From Chloroflexota bacterium (lineage in GTDB: Bacteria; Chloroflexota; Dehalococcoidia; UBA2979), in NCBI GenBank assembly GCA_027593235.1, contig JAQCIU010000035.1, positions 1-32,332 of the forward strand: a DNA stretch of 32,332 nt, in the 5' to 3' direction. Positions 9,358-18,682 of this stretch are shown here, piece by piece. Made by a program: the position numbers and the translations under genes. Below the pieces are notes generated by a model. That model was given only the letters and a program-made list of their open reading frames with translations, did no database searches and had not been told where the DNA came from. The first letter of the stretch is position 1; each line of letters starts with the position of its first letter.

Positions 9358-11844
9358 ATGACCGAGGGCTTCGCACGTTCCGAGGGCCCGCTCGCCGGCA
9401 TCCGCGTGCTCGATCTCACCACCGAACGCGCCGAGCTCGCCGGCCGCATGCTCGCCGACCTCGGCGCTGACGTGCTGAAGATCGAACCGTCCGAGGGCGC
9501 CAGGGCGCGCCATCTCGCGCCCTTCGACGAGCGCCCCGACGCCCCGAGCGACGGCGACCACCCGCGCTCCCTCTACTGGGCCGCCGTCGGCCTCGGCAAG
9601 CGCAGCCTCGTCCTCGACCTCGAAACCTCCGAGGATCGCGACCGCCTGCTCGCGCTCGTCCGCGACGCCGACGTGCTGTTCGAGTCGTTCGCGCCGGGCT
9701 ACCTCGACGCGCGCGGCCTCGGCTACGCGGCACTCAGCGCCCTCAACCCGCGCCTCGTCTACGCCTCGATCACCCCGTTCGGCGCAGAAGGCCCGAAGGC
9801 CGCTTGGCCCGCCGCCGAACTGACCATCGAGGCCGCCTGCGGCCGCCTCTCCCTGCAGGGCGATCGCGACCGCCCCCCGATCCCGCTCGGCTACCCGCAG
9901 GCCGCATTCCATGCCGGTGCTCAGGCTGCCGCCGACGCCATCATCGCCCTCAACGAGCGCGCGCTGTCCGGCCTCGGTCAGCGCCTCGATACCTCAATGG
10001 TCGAAGTAATGATCTGGACGCTGATGAACGGCGCGCAGTACCCGCCGGCCACCGGCCACGAGCCACCCGCCGGCGGTGACGACCGCGCCGACAGCGATTT
10101 CCGAGGCGCCGGCGAGGGGCCGCCCGTGCCCTGCGCCGACGGCTGGGTAAACGCGACCTTCCCCCCGACGCTCCTCGGACGGCTCGTCGCCGCGATCCGC
10201 GACGACCTCGGCGACCGCTTCGCCGACGAGCTGGACGTGCCGCCCGAGCTGCTCGAGGTCGATGGCGAGGCGTGGGTCGAACAGGCGATGGCCGGGCAAC
10301 TCACCTACGCGCTGGCCGTCGCTGCACAGGAACTCGTGCTCCGCTTCTGCACGCTGCGCACGAAGGCGGAGCTGTTCCAGTGGGCGGCCGCGCGTCGGAT
10401 GCGCCTGGCGCCGATCAACACGACCGCGGACGTGCTGCTGGAGCCTCAGTTCCAGGCTCGCAACTACTGGCAGACCGTCGGCGACACCGTTCACCCCGGG
10501 CCGGCGGCGCGCCTGTCCCGCACTCCGCTCGTTCCGCTGCGTCAGGCGCCCACGCTCAACGACTCGGCCGACGACCCATCCTGGCGCTCCGATCCGTGGC
10601 TGGCTGATCCGCCCGCCAGTCCCGGCGCCGATCGTCTCGGTGAGGCGTTCACCGGCCTCAAGGTCGTCGACTTCAGTTGGGTCGCCGCCGGGCCGATGAC
10701 CGCGAAGGCGCTGGCGGACCACGGCGCAACCGTTGTTCGCGTCGAATCCGCAACCCGCCTCGATGTCTGCCGGCAGCTCCCGCCGTTCCCGCGCGACGAG
10801 TTCGATCCCAAACAGAGCTGGTGGATGTCCAACGTCAACAGCTCGAAGCTTGGCGCCTCACTCAACCTCGCGACCGACGAGGGGCTGGCGCTCGCCCGTC
10901 GCCTCGTCGACTGGGCCGATGTCGTCGTGGAGAGCTTCACCCCCGGTGTGATGAAGCGCTTCGGCCTCGACTACGAGACCGTCTCGGCCGATCACCCCGA
11001 ACTGATCATGCTCAGCACCTGCTTGCTCGGACAGACCGGTCCACAGGCCGCCTACGGCGGCTTCGGCAGCCACGGCGCCGCCATCTCCGGTTTCCAGACC
11101 CTCACGAGCTGGCCCGATCGCCCGCCAACCGGCCCCAGCGGCCCCTACACCGACGTCATCACCCCGCGCTTCGCGGTGCCGATCCTGGCGGCCGTCATCC
11201 TCGAACGCCGCAGCAGCGGCCTCGGGCAGCACATCGACCTCTCCCAGGTCGAGGCCGCGATCCACTTCCTCGAGCCGCTGCTCCTCGACCAGACCGTCAA
11301 CGGCCGCACCGCTCCGCCCGCCGGCCAGTCCTCGAGGACCGCCGCACCCCATGGCGTCTACGCGACCGCCGGCATCGAGCGCTACATCGCCATCGCTGTC
11401 GAAACCCCCGAGCAGTGGCACGCCCTCTGCACTGTCGCCCCGCTCGACGCCTTCGCCGGCCCTCAGTTCGACACACTCGAGGCCCGCCAAGCCGTCTCCG
11501 CGGAGATCGACGCCACGCTTCGCTCCTGGCTCGCCAGCCGCCCCGGCCGCGAAATCGAAGCGACGCTCGTCGCCGCCGGCGTCCCCGTCTCCGTCTGCCA
11601 GCGGATGAGCGAACTCCACACGGATCCCCAGCTCGCCGCCCGCGACTTCTTCCAGGTCCTCCCCCACTCGGCCAGCGGCACCGTCACCCACGACGGCCTC
11701 GCCACCCGCTTCTCCGCGAAGCGGGAAATGTTGCACTCGTCCGCGCCGCTCCTCGGCGAGCACACCGAACACGTCCTCCGCGACATCCTCGGTTGCAGCG
11801 ACGACGACATCGCCACCTACGCGGCGGCCGGCGCGTTGACGTAG
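9358..11844 (+). CDS. Class III (CaiB/BaiF) CoA-transferase with two fused domains
   Basis: Two CaiB repeats: PLAGIRVLDL..LADLGADVLKIE and GLKVVDFSWVAAGP..LADHGATVVRVE; G.GQ.(L/I)D.S in both; C-terminal APLLGEHT. Confidence 0.92.
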   Translation: MTEGFARSEGPLAGIRVLDLTTERAELAGRMLADLGADVLKIEPSEGARARHLAPFDERPDAPSDGDHPRSLYWAAVGLGKRSLVLDLETSEDRDRLLALVRDADVLFESFAPGYLDARGLGYAALSALNPRLVYASITPFGAEGPKAAWPAAELTIEAACGRLSLQGDRDRPPIPLGYPQAAFHAGAQAAADAIIALNERALSGLGQRLDTSMVEVMIWTLMNGAQYPPATGHEPPAGGDDRADSDFRGAGEGPPVPCADGWVNATFPPTLLGRLVAAIRDDLGDRFADELDVPPELLEVDGEAWVEQAMAGQLTYALAVAAQELVLRFCTLRTKAELFQWAAARRMRLAPINTTADVLLEPQFQARNYWQTVGDTVHPGPAARLSRTPLVPLRQAPTLNDSADDPSWRSDPWLADPPASPGADRLGEAFTGLKVVDFSWVAAGPMTAKALADHGATVVRVESATRLDVCRQLPPFPRDEFDPKQSWWMSNVNSSKLGASLNLATDEGLALARRLVDWADVVVESFTPGVMKRFGLDYETVSADHPELIMLSTCLLGQTGPQAAYGGFGSHGAAISGFQTLTSWPDRPPTGPSGPYTDVITPRFAVPILAAVILERRSSGLGQHIDLSQVEAAIHFLEPLLLDQTVNGRTAPPAGQSSRTAAPHGVYATAGIERYIAIAVETPEQWHALCTVAPLDAFAGPQFDTLEARQAVSAEIDATLRSWLASRPGREIEATLVAAGVPVSVCQRMSELHTDPQLAARDFFQVLPHSASGTVTHDGLATRFSAKREMLHSSAPLLGEHTEHVLRDILGCSDDDIATYAAAGALT

Positions 11845-11924
11845 GACCGCAAGTCCGCCTGACGAGGCCATCCGACGCCTCTCAGCGCCTCCCGTTGTAT
11901 GTTGCGCCGCGAGGAGGGCCGTCC

Positions 11925-13007
11925 ATGCTCGAGCAGTTCCACGTTCCCGAGGACGAAGAGGTGCGCGTCGAACCCGACGCCATGCGCCGCACCGTCCACG
12001 ACATCTTCACCGCGCTCGGCATGCCCGAGGATCACGCACGCAGCTCCACCGACGTCCTGCTCTACGCCGACACCCGTGGCATCGACTCGCACGGCGTCTC
12101 CAACATGCTGCGCGTCTACGTCGACCAGATCCGCGACGGCCGCATCAACATCAACCCGCAATGGAAGATCGTCCGCGAGGCCGCCGCCGTCGCCACGATC
12201 GACTCAGACGGCGCCCACGGTGGTGTCATCGGCCCCGAGGCCATGCGCATCGCCATCGAGCGCGCACGCGAATACGGCGTCGGCGCCGTCAGTGTCTTCC
12301 GAGGTGGCCACTACGGCGCCGCCGCCTACACCGCCGCGATGGCGCTCGAGCACGACATGATCGGCATCTCGATGACCGCCGGCGGCGTCCAGGTCACGCC
12401 GACCTTCGGCGCCGAGGCACTGATTGGCCTCAACCCGATCGCCGTCGCGATCCCGGCCCGCAACGAGGCGCCGTTCATCTTCGACGCCTCCATGTCCTCG
12501 GTCGCCGGTAACAAGGTCCGCCTCGCCCAGCGCCTCGGTCGCAACATCCTCCCCGGCTGGGTCGCCGGCCCGGACGGCGATCCGATCATGGAGGAAGCGC
12601 CGCTCCCCGAGGGCTTCCTGATGCTCCCGCTCGGCGGCACCCGCGAGATCGGCTCGCACAAGGGCTTCGGCCTCGGCGTCATGGTCGAGGTGCTAACCAG
12701 CGTCCTCGCCGGCGGAGGCGCCGGCCCCGACCGCCGCGGTGGCGCGGCGCACCACATGATCGCCTACAAGATCGACGCCTTCACCGACCTCGAGCAGTTC
12801 AAAGACGACATGGACACCTACCTCAAGCGCATCCGCGAGGCGAAGACCGCGCCCGGCCACGACCGCGTCTACTACGCCGGCCTCCCCGAGCACGAGGAAG
12901 AGGGCGAGCGCATGGAGCGCGGCATCCCGTACCACCCCGAGGTCATCCAGTGGTTCAAGGCCATCACCTCGGAACTGGGCATCCCGGACCGCCTGCCGTC
13001 GGCCTGA
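11925..13007 (+). CDS. Ldh_2 family (malate/L-lactate/sulfolactate dehydrogenase type 2) oxidoreductase
   Basis: ADTRGIDSHG, HYGAA, GLNPIA, PLGG..GSHKGFGL; GAGGAGG SD before ATG 11925. Confidence 0.9.
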   Translation: MLEQFHVPEDEEVRVEPDAMRRTVHDIFTALGMPEDHARSSTDVLLYADTRGIDSHGVSNMLRVYVDQIRDGRININPQWKIVREAAAVATIDSDGAHGGVIGPEAMRIAIERAREYGVGAVSVFRGGHYGAAAYTAAMALEHDMIGISMTAGGVQVTPTFGAEALIGLNPIAVAIPARNEAPFIFDASMSSVAGNKVRLAQRLGRNILPGWVAGPDGDPIMEEAPLPEGFLMLPLGGTREIGSHKGFGLGVMVEVLTSVLAGGGAGPDRRGGAAHHMIAYKIDAFTDLEQFKDDMDTYLKRIREAKTAPGHDRVYYAGLPEHEEEGERMERGIPYHPEVIQWFKAITSELGIPDRLPSA

Positions 13008-13050
13008 GCCCCGGCCGCGGCGGAAATGGCCACCCTCGAGGTGCGCCACC

Positions 13051-13920
13051 CTAGCCGGTGATCAGATCCTCGCGCCCCAGCAGCTTCGCCGCGTTGTCGC
13101 GCATGATCTTGATGTCCACCTCAGGCGCGAACTCGTACTTCTCCCAGTCGCGGAGCCACCGCTGCGGCGTCAGCACCGGCCAGTCCGAGCCGTAGAGAAT
13201 CTTGTCCTGCGCGATCGTCCGCGCGTACTGCACCACCAGCGGATCGAAGTACGCCGGCGCCCAGCCGCTGAGGTCCATGTACACGTTCGGCTTGTGCCGC
13301 AGCATCGCCAGCCCCTCCTTGTCCCAGGGGAACGGCGGGTGCGCCAGGATGATCTTCAGATCGGGGAAATCGGCTGCGATGTCGTCGATGTACGGAATCG
13401 GCTTCATGTACTCCAGCTTGATCCCGCCGCCCCCCGGCGTCCCGGCGCCCACGCCGGTCGTCCCGGAGTGGAACAGGCAGATCAGCCCCAGCTCCGAGGC
13501 CCGCTCCCAGAGCGGATAGAACTTCGGGTCGTTGGTGAAGAAGTGCTGCGACCCGGCGTGGAACTTCAGCCCCTTCAGCCCCAGCTCCGCGATCTCGTCG
13601 AGCTGGTTGACCGCGATCTTCCCCTTGTGCGGATCCACCGCACCGAACCCGATGAACCGCTCCGGGTGCTGCTTCACCGCATCCGCGATGTAGCTCATCG
13701 GCACTGGTGGATTCCCGCTGATCGTCTCCGAGTCGATCGTCAGTAGCACCGCCATCATGTCCAACTCTGCGTACAGATCCGCGAGCTGTGCCACGTCCAT
13801 CGGCCGCTGCTCCGCGGCGTTCGCCCCGAAGTACCGGTTCATCGCTCCCGAGGTGGCCGCCTCCCGCGATGTCGGGTTCGGCGATGGGATGTGCACGTGA
13901 ATGTCGATTGCGCGGACCAT
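13051..13920 (-). CDS. Amidohydrolase_2 family protein (CouO-like beta-ketoacyl-CoA hydrolase group)
   Basis: IDIHVH, FHSGTTG.GAG.PGGGG, ILAHP, NVYMDLSGW, LYGSDWP; GGAGGA SD. Confidence 0.87.
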   Translation of the reverse strand: MVRAIDIHVHIPSPNPTSREAATSGAMNRYFGANAAEQRPMDVAQLADLYAELDMMAVLLTIDSETISGNPPVPMSYIADAVKQHPERFIGFGAVDPHKGKIAVNQLDEIAELGLKGLKFHAGSQHFFTNDPKFYPLWERASELGLICLFHSGTTGVGAGTPGGGGIKLEYMKPIPYIDDIAADFPDLKIILAHPPFPWDKEGLAMLRHKPNVYMDLSGWAPAYFDPLVVQYARTIAQDKILYGSDWPVLTPQRWLRDWEKYEFAPEVDIKIMRDNAAKLLGREDLITG

Positions 13921-14090
13921 GATCTCTCCTCCAGCCGGGCGCCCCGGCACTCGCCCGCAGCATGAGCATTCCCCGATGAGACCGCAACGAGATCCGTCGG
14001 ACAGCGAATCGTCAGACGGTTTCCTGTGAACCTTCGAGGTGATCGTTAGGATGCGGGCCAACCCACCGTCGCAACTGCCGGGAGGCACAG

Positions 14091-14480
14091 ATGACAGCCT
14101 TGCTCAAGGAATTCCGCGACTTCGCGCTCAAAGGCAACCTGATCGAGCTGGGCACCGCCCTGGTGCTCGCCCTCGCCTTCAACTCGCTGATCACCTCGAT
14201 GGTCGATCACATCCTGATGCCAATCGTCGGCATCCTCTTCGGCGAACCGAGCTTCGATTCGCTCCACTTCACCATCAACGACTCCGTCATCCTCTACGGC
14301 GCGTTCATCACCAACGTCGTCAGCTTCGTGTTGGTCGCCGCCGCAATCTTCTTCTTCGTGGTGAAGCCCTACAACGCCATCATGGAAGCGCGTCGCACCG
14401 CCGGCCCGGACGCCCCGGCGACCCCGGAGCCCGAGGAGATCACGCTCCTCAAGCAGATCGTCGCCAACACCGCGAAGTAG
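14091..14480 (+). CDS. mscL: Large-conductance mechanosensitive channel
   Basis: LLKEFRDFALKGNLIEL, YGAFI, FFFVVKP.N, EITLLKQI; GGAGG SD. Confidence 0.95.
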   Translation: MTALLKEFRDFALKGNLIELGTALVLALAFNSLITSMVDHILMPIVGILFGEPSFDSLHFTINDSVILYGAFITNVVSFVLVAAAIFFFVVKPYNAIMEARRTAGPDAPATPEPEEITLLKQIVANTAK

Positions 14481-14501
14481 CGGTTGCCGACGCCGCGTGC
14501 C

Positions 14502-14530
14502 GCGTGGCCACCCACCGAGGGTGGTCGCGC
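14502..14530. terminator. GC-rich hairpin between convergent mscL and BKACE genes (possible bidirectional terminator)
   Basis: GCGTGGCCACCC-ACCGA-GGGTGGTCGCGC, a 12-bp stem with two G-U pairs; no U tract. Confidence 0.45.
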
Positions 14531-14544
14531 CGCCGCGCGGTCGC

Positions 14545-15450
14545 TCACCCGCGCCGCGACGGAAGACCGAGGATCGTCGCCGCCTCGGCGCTGCTCGCGA
14601 TCGGCCGCCCGAGGCGACTTGCCAGCGCCGTCGCCTCGCCAACCAGTTCGAGGTTCGTCGGCTGGCGATCGCCGCCGAACGGCTCCAGGCCGACCTGTAA
14701 GTGACCGCCGCGGAGCAACGCCGCCTCCGCCAATCCGGACGCGACCACGTCCCCGGCGAACGCGGAGACGAGCCACGGCAGCCCGGTCCCATCGAGGAGC
14801 TGCAGGTACGCCTCGAGACTGGCGACCGTCGGCGGTAGCCCGAACAGCAGCGGATCCGCGCCAAAGTAGAGCTTGATCATCACGCCCGGCGGGAGCTGCC
14901 CGGCGTGGTGGTAGGCGAGGATGAATCGCAGGAAGCCCGGCTCGAAAATCGAGACGCTGATGCCAACACCGAGGCGTCGGCACTCCTCGATCATGTAGCG
15001 CGACTCGCGGAAGTTGTTCGAGTAGACGCGGTCGCTGTCGGGCGGGAGACCGTCGGCGTCGGTTCGTCCCATGTTCGTCGAACCCGGGTCGACCGGCGCC
15101 TGCGCCAGTACGCCCGCTTCCGCGAGCGCGACCACGTGCGAGAACCGCTGTGCCACGGTCACCGCCTGCCCGACCGGCATCGTCGGGAACAGCAGCGTGC
15201 CCGGACGCGCCTCGAGGATCGGCCGCCACGCCTCGAGGTAGGGCGCGGGATCGTGCACGCCGGAGCCGCCGCTGACCGGGTCATCCGTGTGCGTGTGAAC
15301 CATCGAGGCGCCAGCATCGATGCAGCGGATCGCATCCGCGGCGATCTCGGCCGGCGCCCTCGGAACGTTCGGATTCGCGGACCTCGGCGTCCCGCCGTTC
15401 AGCGAGGCCTCGATGATGACCGGAATTGGCGAGGTTGTGGTCACCGCCAT
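14545..15450 (-). CDS. Beta-keto acid cleavage enzyme (BKACE/DUF849) family
   Basis: IIEASLNG...NPNVP..P.EIA.DA..C..AGASMVHTH, IFEPG, GGHLQVGLE metal-binding motifs. Confidence 0.9.
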   Translation of the reverse strand: MAVTTTSPIPVIIEASLNGGTPRSANPNVPRAPAEIAADAIRCIDAGASMVHTHTDDPVSGGSGVHDPAPYLEAWRPILEARPGTLLFPTMPVGQAVTVAQRFSHVVALAEAGVLAQAPVDPGSTNMGRTDADGLPPDSDRVYSNNFRESRYMIEECRRLGVGISVSIFEPGFLRFILAYHHAGQLPPGVMIKLYFGADPLLFGLPPTVASLEAYLQLLDGTGLPWLVSAFAGDVVASGLAEAALLRGGHLQVGLEPFGGDRQPTNLELVGEATALASRLGRPIASSAEAATILGLPSRRG

Positions 15451-15456
15451 CCGGCC

Positions 15457-16158
15457 CTACGCGCCCGTCGGGAGTGCGTACGCCACCGTCTCCACGCACC
15501 CCGCGTCATCGTTCTTCACCGAGTTCACCCGAGGCGAAACCGGCGTCGCGATCAGCGCGTCGTTCGGCTCCGCTCCCAGGAACGCCCGCACCGCGTCCAT
15601 GTCCTCGTTGCCCTGGAAGAGCCAGTCGTCGATGCCGTCCGAGGGCAGCACGACCGGTATCCGGTCGTGGATCGGGCGTACGAGGTCGTTCGGCTCGGTC
15701 GTGATGATGGTGAACGTCCGCCGCCACTCGTCCGTCGAGGGCTGCCAGGACTCGTAGAGCCCCGCGAGCAGGAAGACCGAGTGATCTGGGCGGTGGAACC
15801 ACACCGGCTACCGCGCTTCTTTCGGCCCGACCCACTCGAAGAAACCGTCCACCGGCACCGCGCAGCGTCGGTGTTGCTTCCAGGCGCTCCGGAACGCCGG
15901 TCGCTTGTCGATCGTCTCGGCCCGCGCGTTGATCTGCTTGAACGCGCTCTTCGCGTCCTTCGACCCGAACGGCACCAGCCCCCACTTCGCCGGGAGCAGC
16001 TCGCGTTCTTCGCGCTTCAAGCGCAGCACCCAGTGCTGGTCCGTCGGCGCCACGTTCCAGCGCGGGCGATAGTCCGGGGTCACCTGCTCCTCGGGAACGC
16101 CAAGCGCCAGCGCTAGTCGCTGCGTGTTCGTCTCCGTGAGCGTGAATCGACCGCACAT
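15457..16158 (-). pseudogene. SOS response-associated peptidase (SRAP/YedK) with one in-frame TAG at 15808-15810
   Basis: MCGRF, WGLVP, INARAET, GFFEW, then R-*-PVWF in the same frame, then FTIITT, IHDRIPV, VSPRVNS. 233 codons if read through. Confidence 0.85.
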
Positions 16159-16222
16159 CGCGCGAGTGTACGAGGCCGAGCCCCGCCCCGCCGCTACCGC
16201 CCCGCTGCGAGCTGCCCCGCCG

Positions 16223-17638
16223 CTACCCGATCCGCACCGACCCGCGCGCAAGCCGGTACCGCGTCACCGGCCGATCCGGGATCGATAGCGCGATGTACAT
16301 CGGCCCCAGCCGCCCCACGAACATCAGCCCGATGATCACCAGCGCTCCCGCGTTCGTCAGATTCGGCGTGACGCTTTGCGACCAGCCCACGTTGCCGAAC
16401 GCCGAGGTCACCTCGAACAGCGCCGGCAGGAACTCGACGTTGTCCGTCAGCTCCAGCAGCCAGACACCGGCACCCAGCGTGAAGAAACCAATCATCGTGA
16501 TCGCCACCGCCCGCAGCACGATCGATTCCGGGATCTACCGGCCGAACGCCGTCGCCGTGCGCCGCCCGCGCAACGCCGAGAGCACCACCACCATCGCCAC
16601 CATGAACGACCCGACCTTGATCCCGCTCGCCGTCGAGGTAGATGCGCCACCAACGAACATGAACAGCAGCAGCGCCGCGGCAGTCGCGTCGTCCAGCCGC
16701 GCCATATCGACGCTCGCCATTCCCGTCGTCCGCGCGTTCACCGAGAGGAAGAACGAGTTCGTGAGCTGGTCCAGCCGCCCGAGGTCTGTCAGCACGCCGC
16801 CGCTCCGTGTCTCCTCGACGAGCAGCAACAACATCCCCGCCAGGAGGAATCCGAACATCCCGATCGCCGTCAGCCGCGTATCCAGGCTCCATCGCCGGAA
16901 CGGCATCCGCAGGTTGAACGCGGTAACGAACGACAGCGATCCCAGGAACGCAGAGACACCAAGCACCAGTAGCAGGAACGGCGCATCCACCTCACCAATG
17001 AAGCTCTGGCCGCCTCCCTGCAGATCGAAGCCCGCGTTGTTGAACGCGGAGATCGAGACGAACAGCGCCTTCCACAGCCCCGCAGCGCCGTCCCCATGGG
17101 TCATGAACCAGGGTGCCACCAGCAGGAACGTCACCGCTTCGACGCCGAAGCTGTAGAGCAGGACGCGTCGCATCAGCCGCGCAAGGTCGTGCTCGGTCAC
17201 GTCGGAAAGCTCCATGCTGAAGAAGTCACGGCCGCGCATCCCAAACCGACCGCCGACCAACAGCAGCAGCGCCCCTGCGTACATCGTCACCCCAAGCCCG
17301 CCGGCCTGAATCAGTACCGCGATCACCGCCTCGCCGAACCCGCTCCAATGCTCCGCGCTATCGAACCGCGTCAGCCCCGTCACGCAGACCGCCGACGTCG
17401 AGGTGAAGAGCGCGTCGATCGGACCGGTCCACTCGCGGCGTTCGGACGACACCGGGAGCATCAGCAACAGCCCGCCAAACAGCGTCACCACGGCCCATGT
17501 CGCTGGGATCATCCACGGACGAGGGCGAATCGAGAACGCGCGCCGCTGCCGCGCGAGCGCAACCACCTCGTGCCGCATCCGCGCCCGGCGGACCCGAACA
17601 TTCCCGATGCGGCACGGTGGTGGTGGGGACGAGGTCAC
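16223..17638 (-). pseudogene. trkH: TrkH/KtrB potassium uptake membrane subunit with one in-frame TAG at 16535-16537
   Basis: Four pore motifs (SAVCVTGL, SAFNNAGF, NARTTGM, SAFGNVG), STASGIK, MFVGRLGP. Frame continues as FGR-*-IPESIVLRA. Confidence 0.85.
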
Positions 17639-17843
17639 GGTCGCTCCGGATACGACTGTGGTCCCGCCGATCGCTGTGATCCAGTGGGGTCGGCACGGCC
17701 CTCACCGCCTTCGGCGACCATCGCCGCGGCGCGGGCGCGACCCCGCCCCGCGCTGCTCCTGCCGCCCGGTCGCCCAGTCGCTGGTAGGCTCCTCGCGGCG
17801 GTCGGATCTCTGCTCAAACACGCGAACGGACCCAGGACCAACC

Positions 17844-18653
17844 ATGCTGCTTGACCAGTCGGACACCGTATTCGCGGGCCAAATCCCGGCGTTGTATGAC
17901 CGCTACCTCGTCCCCTTCATCTTTCAGGGCTATGCCGATCTCCTCGCGGAGCGAACCACGGCACTGCAACCGGCGCGCGTGCTGGAAGTCGCCGCCGGCA
18001 CCGGCGTCGTAAGCAGCGCCCTCGCCGCCCGACTGCCGAACGCCCACGTCCTCGCCACCGATCTCAATCAGGCGATGCTCGACTACGCCGCCAGCAACCG
18101 CGCCGCGCCCAACCTCGAATGGCGGCAGGCCGACGCGATGGCGTTGCCCTTCGCGGATGGCGCGTTCGATACCGTCGTCTGCCAGTTCGGCGTCATGTTC
18201 TTCCCCGACCGCGTCCACGCCTACCGCGAGATGCTCCGTGTGCTGAAGCCCGGTGGCACCTTCCTCTTCGACACCTGGGACCGCCTCGAGGAGAACGAGA
18301 TCCCGATGACCGTGAGCGACGCCGTCGCTGCGCTCTTTCCGGACGACCCGCCATCGTTCATCCGTCGCACCCCGCACGGCTACCACGACCAGGACGCGAT
18401 TCATCGCGACCTGAGCGCGGCCGGCTTCCGCCAGATCGAGATCGAGACCGTCGGCCACCGCAGCGTCGCGCCCTCACCGCGCGACCCCGCTTTCGCGCTT
18501 TGCGCCGGCACCCCGCTCCGCAACGAGGTCGAAGCCCGCGACCCGAGCCGCCTCGAAGAAGCCATCGAAGCGGCAACCGCCGCCGTCGCCGCCCGCTACG
18601 GCTCCGATACCGTCGAGGGAGAGATCCAGGCCCACCTCGTCACCGCGAGCTGA
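17844..18653 (+). CDS. Class I SAM-dependent methyltransferase (UbiE-like)
   Basis: VLEVAAGTG, TDLNQAML, ADAMALPF, VCQFGVMFFPD, RVLKPGG. Confidence 0.92.
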   Translation: MLLDQSDTVFAGQIPALYDRYLVPFIFQGYADLLAERTTALQPARVLEVAAGTGVVSSALAARLPNAHVLATDLNQAMLDYAASNRAAPNLEWRQADAMALPFADGAFDTVVCQFGVMFFPDRVHAYREMLRVLKPGGTFLFDTWDRLEENEIPMTVSDAVAALFPDDPPSFIRRTPHGYHDQDAIHRDLSAAGFRQIEIETVGHRSVAPSPRDPAFALCAGTPLRNEVEARDPSRLEEAIEAATAAVAARYGSDTVEGEIQAHLVTAS

Positions 18654-18682
18654 TCGGCCTTGGAGCGGCTAGGGCAGCGCGC

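Noticed and set aside
10677-11924. 416-aa N-terminal extension of the Ldh_2 ORF
   Set aside because: Arg/Pro-rich off-frame shadow of the CoA-transferase; a strong SD sits at ATG 11925.
16159-16222. LexA box upstream of SRAP
   Set aside because: No GAAC-N4-GTTC or CTGT-N8-ACAG present.
15808-16537. Genome-wide TAG reassignment (TAG=Gln or Pyl)
   Set aside because: About 18 of 30 complete genes end at TAG at family-appropriate positions (for example mscL, CDGSH, permease), so TAG is the main stop codon.
17639-17843. c-di-AMP (ydaO) riboswitch upstream of trkH
   Set aside because: I could not find the conserved ydaO elements by eye; an Infernal scan would be needed.
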